Assembly (NCBI GenBank): GCA_041641305.1
Contig: JBEPYN010000002.1
Coordinates: forward strand, 608,001-672,000
Direction of reading: 5' to 3'
DNA length: 64,000 nucleotides
From: Nitrososphaerota archaeon
GTDB taxonomy: Archaea; Thermoproteota; Nitrososphaeria_A; Caldarchaeales; Caldarchaeaceae
Part shown: positions 1-7,480 of the stretch, one piece after another
Layout: each line of letters opens with the position of its first letter
Numbering within the stretch: position 1 is the first letter of the stretch
Notes under the pieces: model-generated
Told to the model about the DNA's origin: nothing
The model's database searches: none
Seen by the model: the letters and a program-made list of their open reading frames with translations, nothing else
Program-made: the position numbers and the translations under genes

Positions 1-239
1 TCTTCAACGTTTCGTGGACATGTGTCGGCCACTTGAACAGCTTCTTCACGGGTTAAGCCTACATCCGTCATGAGCTTCTGGACGAGGAGCTCGGCTTGGT
101 CAGGGGCCAGCTTCGCATATTTTTTGACGTATGTGTAAACCCTCGACTGGAGGGTGCTCAGTTCATCAGCTCTCTGCTCCATCAGCTTGGCGACAGTAGC
201 CATCGGTATCTCTGTTTTAGACAATATTTTACGAGCCAT
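1..239 (-). CDS. rpo4: DNA-directed RNA polymerase subunit Rpo4 (F), 3' end runs off the window
   Basis: Not in ORF track. Manual translation from ATG at 239: MARKILSKTEIPMATVAKLMEQRADELSTLQSRVYTYVKKYAKL...GLTREEAVQVADTCPRNVE. Lies directly downstream of rpl21e, a conserved archaeal gene order. Confidence 0.9.
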   Translation of the reverse strand, partial: MARKILSKTEIPMATVAKLMEQRADELSTLQSRVYTYVKKYAKLAPDQAELLVQKLMTDVGLTREEAVQVADTCPRNVE

Positions 240-242
240 CCT

Positions 243-530
243 CTACTCAACTACCCCACGGATGTGGTCTGGCAGAATGGATAGAGTTTTTCCCTCTTTA
301 CCGACCTTGACCACATAGCCTCTGCCCCGTTTCTCCACGATCACCCCTATCTTGCCGTGATACCGTCTATGTGGTGAGCCTTTCTGTACACTTGGGTCGA
401 TTGCTATAAGGACACGGTCGCCTATTTTGTAGTCCCTCAAGTAGATGTCCGGCCTGGGCCCGCTTCTCGACCCCCGGGGCTTTTTAAGGTATCCTCTCGA
501 TTTCCTACGGAAACCTTTAGACTGCGGCAT
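243..530 (-). CDS. rpl21e: 50S ribosomal protein eL21
   Basis: SKGFRRKSR N-terminus; IDPSVQKGSPHRRYHGKIG motif. Confidence 0.97.
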   Translation of the reverse strand: MPQSKGFRRKSRGYLKKPRGSRSGPRPDIYLRDYKIGDRVLIAIDPSVQKGSPHRRYHGKIGVIVEKRGRGYVVKVGKEGKTLSILPDHIRGVVE

Positions 531-573
531 GACCTGCGTCCGTTAAAGCTGTTTTAAGCTATGATAAAAGCGT

Positions 574-1884
574 TTATGCCTCAACCTTCAGCACGGTCAG
601 CTCCATCGCCGTGGGAACAAGCCCCAACACATCGGCGAAGCTTGGCTTGGTGCGGCCGCCGTCTCCTGTGGCAAGCTCTTTAACATACAGTCCTCCCTGG
701 CAGCTTATCTTGAATAACGCGGTTCTGCTGTCGATGAGCTCCGCCTCCACCGTGTAGACTGTTTTTCTGCGAAGCTTTTCAGCGCGGCGTCTGAGAACCC
801 TCAACGGGGTCAGCTGCTCTACAACTGTGTTTCTGAAACGTGTCTCCAGCTCCTTGACCTTTGCGGGGTCGAGGTCTGCGTCGTAGAATGCCTTGAGTAG
901 GTAGGTTTTTGCGGCTGTTGAGGCTGTTAGCTTAATCTGTCTCACCTGTCGCCGTGTTGTGTATGCTTCGAGAAAGACTGTGACGAGGCCTTGGGTGCTG
1001 GTGTTGATGTGTTGCTGAACCTCTTCGAGTGGGATTTTCCTCCGACGAGGCTGTTTCAGCTCGAGGATAAATGGCCGACCCTCACCCTCCACCAGCGCAT
1101 CAACATCCTCCCGACCAGCGGCATGAAACTTGTAATCAGCCGCTTGGTAAAGGGCTTTGGCCGGTTCTCCGACAAGCTCGGCCACGCTCGTCGGATACAG
1201 TCGCCCAGTGTATCCGCATTCCTGGCATCCGCGTCCCCAGCATTTTTTACAGTGCCAAGGTGACTGGGGCAGCTCCCTGCTGTGCTTGAGGTAGCGTCCG
1301 CTGATGAAGACCGGGTTGGGAATTGCTTCGACCCTGTCTCGGAAAAGGTCAACCGTTATGACGACGTCGGGTGAGCTGTGGTCAATTTTTTTCCCAGTGA
1401 TGTTGGCGAAAACCCTGCTTATTTCACGTTTTATCTCATTTCTGATGTTTTCTCCCTCCGTCAACCCCACCAAGGCCCTGAGCCTGTCCTCTGTGTTGAC
1501 AACTTCTCCGCTTGCCCTCGCCCCCACGAGAAACGTCTCAAACTCGATATCACGCAGCAACTCCACAGCCTTGTCAGCAGCTTTCCTGAACACCGTTTCA
1601 TTCAACAGCCCGTGGCAAAGGCCGCAGACACGCTTCTCAACAATTCTCCCCATCTCCTCAACATACTTCACCGCCTCATCCAACCCACCGTTAGAAGCGA
1701 GAATAAACACGGTGTCCACGTCTCTTCTCTTGACCGCGTCGAGGAGCAGCGCGATCTTCAGTACCCGGCCTTTCTCCCTATTGCTTATCTCGTGATGTAT
1801 GCGTGCAAACTGTCGGCCGAGGCAGTAGTCGCAGAGGGCCTCGCTCCTCAGCAGCAAGAGAGCATCATCCAGTATCGTCGACAA
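574..1884 (-). CDS. pus10: tRNA pseudouridine(54/55) synthase Pus10
   Basis: N-terminal LCDYCLGRQF Zn site, THUMP-like region, catalytic FHAAGREDVD, CQGGLYVKEL...GDGGRTKPS. Confidence 0.95.
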   Translation of the reverse strand: MSTILDDALLLLRSEALCDYCLGRQFARIHHEISNREKGRVLKIALLLDAVKRRDVDTVFILASNGGLDEAVKYVEEMGRIVEKRVCGLCHGLLNETVFRKAADKAVELLRDIEFETFLVGARASGEVVNTEDRLRALVGLTEGENIRNEIKREISRVFANITGKKIDHSSPDVVITVDLFRDRVEAIPNPVFISGRYLKHSRELPQSPWHCKKCWGRGCQECGYTGRLYPTSVAELVGEPAKALYQAADYKFHAAGREDVDALVEGEGRPFILELKQPRRRKIPLEEVQQHINTSTQGLVTVFLEAYTTRRQVRQIKLTASTAAKTYLLKAFYDADLDPAKVKELETRFRNTVVEQLTPLRVLRRRAEKLRRKTVYTVEAELIDSRTALFKISCQGGLYVKELATGDGGRTKPSFADVLGLVPTAMELTVLKVEA

Positions 1885-1885
1885 T

Positions 1886-3217
1886 TTATCCTAGTCCTCT
1901 GGAGGATTTCAGAAGCTGTCTAAGCTGGCGGCTTTTCATCATCTTCTTGGATGCCTGGTAGCTGCGGAGAAGCTCCCGCACATCTTTCTCAAGCACGCCG
2001 GCTCCGTAGGCTATGCGGCGTATTCTTGAGCCGTCGAGGATGCTGGGGTTGGTTTTCTCCTCAGCCGTCATCGACTTGAGTATAGCGTTCCACTTCTTGA
2101 TTCTCTCCTGAGCTTTTTCGAGCTGGTCCTCGGGCAAGGCATCCATGCCCGGGAACGGGAGCCTTGCCAGCAGCTTCTTCAGGGGCCCGAGCTTTGTGAG
2201 GCTGTTAACCTGTTCAACCATGTCCTCGAGAGTGAACTTGCCTTTCAGAATTGCTTCGACCTGTTTCTCGTTGGCGCTTAGCTCAGCGAGCTTAACCCTC
2301 TCCACGATGCTCTCGATATCCGGCATACCGAGAAGCGAGGCGATATATGATGAGGGGTTGAAGGGCTGGAAATCTTCAACAGATTCACCTACTCCGACAA
2401 ACTTGACCGGAGCCCCAGTCTCCGCGACTGCGGCCAACGCTCCACCACCTCTCCCAGATGTGTCAAGCTTGGTGATGATTATCGAGCCAACCGGTGTTGC
2501 CTTGTGAAAAGCCGCGGCATGCACACCTGCCTGCTGCCCGATTGTTCCATCAATAACTAGGATGTTTTCATCGGGCTTCAACTCTTTCTCAAGCATCTTC
2601 ATCTCATCCATCAACTGTTCCTGCTGTCTGTGCCTCCCTGCTGTGTCAATAATCACCACATCCACACCCATCTGCTTAAAGTGCTCAAGCCCTCTTCTCG
2701 CTATCTCGACGGGGTTGTCGTTGTCCGGTTCACCGTAGACAGGTATCTGCCTCGGCTCGAGAAGCTGCTTCAACTGGTGATAGGCAGCGGGCCTGTATGT
2801 GTCTGCGCAGACCACTCCAACCTTGTAACCCTCAACCTTGAGATAGTTGGCCAGCTTCGCGGCCGTTGTTGTTTTCCCGGTTCCCTGTATACCGAGAAGC
2901 ATCACAACATAGGGTTTCTTGCCGCCTGTCGAGAACTTGGCCGGCTTCCCGCCCAGCAGGTTAATCAGCTCCTCGTAAACAATCTTCGCTACACTGTCTT
3001 TCCTGCTGACGCCCGGTGGCAGCTTCTCCTCAAAAGCCCTCGCCCTTATCCTGTCCGAGATTTTCTGAACAAGCTCCACCTTCACGTCAGCCATCAACAA
3101 AGAACGCTGAATACCTCTCACCAATTCCTCGACCGAGGCCTTGTCAGCCGAGGGTGAGGCTAGAAATTTCCTGAAAACCTCTTTCAGAGACTTTCCCATC
3201 GAGAAGACCGAGGACAT
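1886..3217 (-). CDS. srp54: Signal recognition particle 54 kDa protein
   Basis: GIQGTGKTTT, DTAGR, TKLD GTPase motifs; M domain with SRIRRIAYGAG. Start trimmed to ATG 3217 (approximate). Confidence 0.96.
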   Translation of the reverse strand: MSSVFSMGKSLKEVFRKFLASPSADKASVEELVRGIQRSLLMADVKVELVQKISDRIRARAFEEKLPPGVSRKDSVAKIVYEELINLLGGKPAKFSTGGKKPYVVMLLGIQGTGKTTTAAKLANYLKVEGYKVGVVCADTYRPAAYHQLKQLLEPRQIPVYGEPDNDNPVEIARRGLEHFKQMGVDVVIIDTAGRHRQQEQLMDEMKMLEKELKPDENILVIDGTIGQQAGVHAAAFHKATPVGSIIITKLDTSGRGGGALAAVAETGAPVKFVGVGESVEDFQPFNPSSYIASLLGMPDIESIVERVKLAELSANEKQVEAILKGKFTLEDMVEQVNSLTKLGPLKKLLARLPFPGMDALPEDQLEKAQERIKKWNAILKSMTAEEKTNPSILDGSRIRRIAYGAGVLEKDVRELLRSYQASKKMMKSRQLRQLLKSSRGLG

Positions 3218-3293
3218 CCCGTCACATAAGCAGGCCCCGAGGATTGTATTAAACATGCCTCGTTTAAATAAAGGCTTCTAAGACAGGTCGCTG

Positions 3294-4211
3294 ATGAAGG
3301 TGCTGGTTACGGGTTCGGAGGGGTTTGTCGGCAAGCATCTTAGAGAGTATCTTGGTGGACGGGGCTTTGAGGTTGTTGGAGCGGACATTTCGCCGGGAGC
3401 GGATGTCCGCATCGATGTAACAGATTTTGACGCCGTGTTGAAAACTTTTGAACAGCATCGTTTCGACGCGGTGGTTCATCTCGCAGCCGTCGCAGACATT
3501 CCCCTAAGCATGAAGGACCCGCATCGATGCTTCAAAGTCAATGTCTACGGCTCGCTCAACATTTTAGAGGCCTCGAGAAGAATGGGTTTGGATAGAGTGG
3601 TTGTGTTCTCGTCGGCCAACTATTACGGCGCCCCGTTGAAAACACCCGTTACCGAAGACACTCCACCCAACCCGCGGACACCATACGACTACTCCAAAGT
3701 GGCGCTCGAGAACGTTGCATGGAGCTATCATAGAAACCATGGCGTACCCCTCACTGTTCTGAGGCCTTGGAAAGCATTCGGCGAATATGAGCCCGGTGAA
3801 AAGATGGTGCCACGTTTCGTGAGAGCCTGCCTGGCCTCGGAGCCTATCCCATTGTTTAACGGGGGAGCGGATGTCACCGACCCCTACCATGTCGAAAACC
3901 TCTGCCACGCGGTTGAGCTTGGGCTGATAAGAGATGAGGCCGTCGGAGAGGCCTTCAACGTAGGGACAGGCAACGCCTTATCAGTCAGGGAATTGGCCGA
4001 GAAAATCAAACAACTAACAAACTCGTCATCAAGGCTCGAAACCCTTCCTCCCCGCACACCCGCCGAAGCAACCCCGATGAAAAGCATACCCTCAATCGAA
4101 AAGATAAAGACAAAACTGGGCTACACCCCGCAGGTGAGCCTCGAGCAAGGCCTCAAACGCGTGATAAACTTTATAGCCTCAAGACAACAAAACAGCAACA
4201 CGGGCCGGTAG
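3294..4211 (+). CDS. NAD-dependent epimerase/dehydratase (extended SDR)
   Basis: VLVTGSEGFVG Rossmann motif, HLAA, YDYSK (YxxxK). Confidence 0.92.
   Translation: MKVLVTGSEGFVGKHLREYLGGRGFEVVGADISPGADVRIDVTDFDAVLKTFEQHRFDAVVHLAAVADIPLSMKDPHRCFKVNVYGSLNILEASRRMGLDRVVVFSSANYYGAPLKTPVTEDTPPNPRTPYDYSKVALENVAWSYHRNHGVPLTVLRPWKAFGEYEPGEKMVPRFVRACLASEPIPLFNGGADVTDPYHVENLCHAVELGLIRDEAVGEAFNVGTGNALSVRELAEKIKQLTNSSSRLETLPPRTPAEATPMKSIPSIEKIKTKLGYTPQVSLEQGLKRVINFIASRQQNSNTGR
4170..4175 (+). promoter_or_regulatory. Putative TATA box of tRNA-Ala, inside the epimerase CDS
   Basis: TTTATA about 26 nt upstream of the tRNA 5' end, preceded by purine-rich GATAAA. Confidence 0.45.
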
Positions 4212-4275
4212 ATCAGTCTGGAAGATCGTCCGCCTTGCACGCGGAAGGTCCGGGGTTCAAATCCCCGCCGGTCCA
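4202..4275 (+). tRNA. tRNA-Ala(TGC)
   Basis: Cloverleaf: GGGCCGG/CCGGTCC acceptor with G3:U70, anticodon arm TCCGC-CTTGCAC-GCGGA, GGTTCAAATCC T arm; CCA not encoded. Confidence 0.97.
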
Positions 4276-4338
4276 GAAAAATTCTTGTATGTCATGAGAG
4301 TTTATTTGATGAGGACCCATGACAACCTTTGATGGCTA

Positions 4339-4515
4339 ATCTTCAAGCCAGAAAGAATAACATGGTTGACACAACCTACGATGGATAATCCGGGCGAATA
4401 TCTCGTATATGTTATGGACGCCAGTCTCCGCGCATCTGCGAACCCCGCCTTGGAGTATGCGGTTTTTGAGGCAAACAGTCTGGGGAAAAGCGGGTTGTCA
4501 ATTAGAGCATCATAA
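4339..4515 (+). pseudogene. N-terminal remnant of a class II CPD photolyase-like gene
   Basis: Manual translation IFKPERITWLTQPTMDNPGEYLVYVMDASLRASANPALEYAVFEANSLGKSGLSIRAS*. Resembles the class II photolyase start (ERI...G.YVLYWMQASQR...N.ALEYA...AN.L.K). Confidence 0.6.
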
Positions 4516-4565
4516 AGATTAGTATGGTTTTTGATTTTCTCTGCAAAATCTGAATGGTCGATGTT

Positions 4566-5420
4566 CTAGGGGCCGAGTGTTTCACGGAGGCTCAGTGTTT
4601 TTGGGAGATAGGTTGTGTTTTCTATGCCAGAGGAGGTGGTTACAACGTTGTCCTCAATCCTTACCCCGAATCTGCCGGGTAAATAGACGCCGGGCTCAAC
4701 CGTAAATATCATACCATTTTTTAACGGATTCTTGTTTCCGTTTTTGATGTACGGCTCTTCATGCACCTCCAATCCTAAGCCATGTCCTGTTCTATGTATG
4801 AAGTATTCGGCGAGGCCTTCATCGGCTATTATTTTTCTGGCGGCCCTGTCCACGTCTTCAGCTGGAATATCCGGCTTTGCTGTTTCTAGCGCGTTTTGTT
4901 GAGCCTCGAGAACAGTGTTGTAGACTTTGGTCAGGCTGTCTGTCGGTCTGCCCATACATACTGTCCGTGTGATGTCTGCGTAGTATCCTCTAAACGTTAA
5001 AGCCGCGTCGAAGACAACGACATCGTCACTCTTGACGGCTCTTGAGGTCGGTTCCAAGTGTGGCTTAGCGCTGTTGGGCCCTGATTGTATCAGACAATAT
5101 GATGTTTCTGCACCCAGCTCATATGCATGTTTGTGGAACCTAAACATAAGTTCCCTCTCCTTAACGCCGGGACAGAGTTCTGCTAATGTCCTCAGCATAG
5201 CCTCCTGAAGCATCCGGGCCGATTCCCTATGTCTAGACACTTCTTCCGAGTCCTTGCAGACTCTCAAACCCTGCAGAACCTCGTCAACCTCGACGAAACG
5301 CAGACGCACGGCCATTTTTTCAATCTTTTTAAACAATCCAAGGGTCATTCTTCCCTCGACTCCAGTGGGCTTACTCATAGCCTTCCTTGTCCTCAACCAA
5401 CTGTCGGCCTTCGTATTCAA
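4566..5420 (-). CDS. Xaa-Pro peptidase (M24B), N-terminally truncated, possible pseudogene
   Basis: Intact metal ligands (VFDAA, YYADITRT, HRTGHGLGLEVHEEP, TVEPGVY, GVRIED). N-terminal creatinase-like domain incomplete; ORF begins about 60 nt from the tRNA-Glu 3' end. Confidence 0.85.
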   Translation of the reverse strand: MNTKADSWLRTRKAMSKPTGVEGRMTLGLFKKIEKMAVRLRFVEVDEVLQGLRVCKDSEEVSRHRESARMLQEAMLRTLAELCPGVKERELMFRFHKHAYELGAETSYCLIQSGPNSAKPHLEPTSRAVKSDDVVVFDAALTFRGYYADITRTVCMGRPTDSLTKVYNTVLEAQQNALETAKPDIPAEDVDRAARKIIADEGLAEYFIHRTGHGLGLEVHEEPYIKNGNKNPLKNGMIFTVEPGVYLPGRFGVRIEDNVVTTSSGIENTTYLPKTLSLRETLGP

Positions 5421-5482
5421 GATGGGTGATTACAGAGCAACCGTGGCACTCATAAGAGCTGCTCTGGGCATACCCACTTAAA

Positions 5483-5557
5483 TGCTCCGGCCGGGATTTG
5501 AACCCGGGTCTCGGGCTCGAGAGGCCCGCATACTTGACCGGACTATACTACCGGAGC
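5483..5557 (-). tRNA. tRNA-Glu(CTC)
   Basis: Reverse complement GCTCCGG...CGGGC-CTCTCGA-GCCCG...GGTTCAAATCC...CCGGAGCA. Confidence 0.97.
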
Positions 5558-5610
5558 AGTTTAGGCGGCATTTGTTTGTTGGATGCGGCGATATGTAGGT
5601 TTTTCGTTTC

Positions 5611-6087
5611 TTAGCTTTCGCGGGCGTATATGCTGACTATTCCTCTGAACCCTAGGCGTGTGTAGAATTCGACGGCTATTTCGTTGAGTGACGGGAACTC
5701 AGCTGTGATGATTTCAACTCTGTCTTTGAGCTGTTTCACGGCGTAGTCGAGCATATCAGCCCCGTATTTCTTTCTCCTATACTCTGGTAGGAGGTAGAAC
5801 TCGACTATTTTTCCCTCTATTCTCGGCTGGTAAAACAATCGTTCGACTATGTCCGCCTTAAGGAAGCCCACCACTCTGCCGCTGTCCTCTGCAACGATGA
5901 CGAGCGAGTCAGGAGACTTGATGGCTTCTTCAAAGTATTTTTTCGAGGTTTCGGCGATGTCTTCTCTTGTCTTGAAGAGCGGGTCAAACTCCTCGTTAAG
6001 CCGTTTGAGTCGGATGTTCAGCTCCACAAGCCTTGGAATGTCTCTCTCCACAGCTTTCCTGAAAACAAGCTCCGTCATTTCAATCAA
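5611..6087 (-). CDS. GNAT family N-acetyltransferase
   Basis: VAEDSGRVVGF, FYLLPEYRRKKYG (motif A), NEIAVEFYTRLGF (motif B). Confidence 0.9.
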   Translation of the reverse strand: MIEMTELVFRKAVERDIPRLVELNIRLKRLNEEFDPLFKTREDIAETSKKYFEEAIKSPDSLVIVAEDSGRVVGFLKADIVERLFYQPRIEGKIVEFYLLPEYRRKKYGADMLDYAVKQLKDRVEIITAEFPSLNEIAVEFYTRLGFRGIVSIYARES

Positions 6088-7402
6088 CCTTTGGAAGCGG
6101 TTTTATGAACCGCTGATCCATGAGCGACATTAATAGCTTTCGCGACCTTTGGATGATTTTCTTGGCTCGGACAAACTCCTCATCGTAGTTGAGAGGTTTT
6201 CGAGCCACGTTCTCGACTCGGGCCTGTTCGGCGACCGACGCTGCTACATGAACATAGACCTCCCACTCATCCATCGTTGGGATGATGTGGTCAGGGTTTA
6301 GTTTTTCATCTGAAACGTAGTCGGCTAGTGCTTCAGCGGCTTTGAGGGCCATGGTGTCGGTTATTGAGCGGGCTTTTACGTCGAGGGCTCCTCTAAAGAC
6401 CGCGGGGAAGACAAGGCTGTTGTTTACCTGGTTTGGGAAGTCGCTGCGCCCCGTCGCTACCACAGCCGCCCCACCCTCTTTAGCCTCCCAAGGCCACATC
6501 TCTGGAACAGGGTTTGCCAAAAGGAAGACAACAGGGTCCTGCGCCATCCTCTGTATCCATTCTTTCTTTATTCTGCCGGGCCCCGGTGAAGAAGCCGCTA
6601 TCAACACGTCTGCGCCCTCTAGTGCGTCGACGAGTTGGCCCGAGAGCTTGGCACGGTTGGTTTTCAGCGCAAGCTCATATTTCCAAGGATGTTTCAGCAT
6701 AAGCTCGTCCATGTCTTCTCTTTCCGAGTAGAGAATGCCTCTTGTATCGACCAGTATCATCTTAGAGATGTCGGCTCCCGCTTTCTCGAGGAGTCTGGCG
6801 GTGGCTATGTTCGCGGCTCCTGCCCCATATAATACAATCGAAACCTTGTTCAGCTTCTTGTTGGTTAGTTTGAGTGCGTTGATTAGTGCGGCGGTGGTGG
6901 CTGCCGCTGTTCCGAGCTGGTCGTCGTGCCAGACGGGTATGGACATCTGTTGCCGAAGATTCTCGAGTATGTAGAAGCATTCTGGTGAGGAGATGTCTTC
7001 GAGGTTTACCCCTCCCAGGCCTGGCTCGAGCGTCTTAACTGTTTCAACAAACTTCTGCGGGTCTTTCACGTTCAAACAAATAGGAAAAGCATCAACTCCT
7101 CCGAGGAACTTGAAAATAAGCGACTTCCCCTCCATAACTGGGAGAGCGGCCTCGGGGCCTATGTCTCCAAGACCCAAAACTCTCGAACCGTTGGTGACTA
7201 CGGCTATAGTGTTCCACCGCCATGTGTACTCGAAGCTAAGCTCCCTATTCTCACTGATTGCCTTTGACACAGCGGCTACTCCGGGAGTATACCATACCGA
7301 GAAATCCTCAAGAGACTTCACAGGGATTTTGGGCACTATCTCGAGCTTACCCCCATAATAGGGGGCGGATTTCACGGCAAGTTTGCCGTGTTCATCACTC
7401 AT
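6080..7402 (-). CDS. mae: NAD(P)-dependent malic enzyme
   Basis: YTPGVA, VLGLGDIGP.A.LPVMEGK, NLEDI, HDDQLGTA, GAGAA, LANPVPE, TGRSDFPNQVNN. Confidence 0.96.
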   Translation of the reverse strand: MSDEHGKLAVKSAPYYGGKLEIVPKIPVKSLEDFSVWYTPGVAAVSKAISENRELSFEYTWRWNTIAVVTNGSRVLGLGDIGPEAALPVMEGKSLIFKFLGGVDAFPICLNVKDPQKFVETVKTLEPGLGGVNLEDISSPECFYILENLRQQMSIPVWHDDQLGTAAATTAALINALKLTNKKLNKVSIVLYGAGAANIATARLLEKAGADISKMILVDTRGILYSEREDMDELMLKHPWKYELALKTNRAKLSGQLVDALEGADVLIAASSPGPGRIKKEWIQRMAQDPVVFLLANPVPEMWPWEAKEGGAAVVATGRSDFPNQVNNSLVFPAVFRGALDVKARSITDTMALKAAEALADYVSDEKLNPDHIIPTMDEWEVYVHVAASVAEQARVENVARKPLNYDEEFVRAKKIIQRSRKLLMSLMDQRFIKPLPKVD

Positions 7403-7480
7403 GAAGAATTCTTGATAACGCGACTTGATAAAGTTGTTTAGGTTCGCTCATATTTAAAAACAGGATGCCGCGGTATTTCT

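Noticed and set aside
4306-4352. C/D box sRNA (TTGATGA...ATGA...TTGATGG...CAGA)
   Set aside because: D boxes are not CTGA, the first guide would be only 6 nt, and the region overlaps the photolyase-like remnant.
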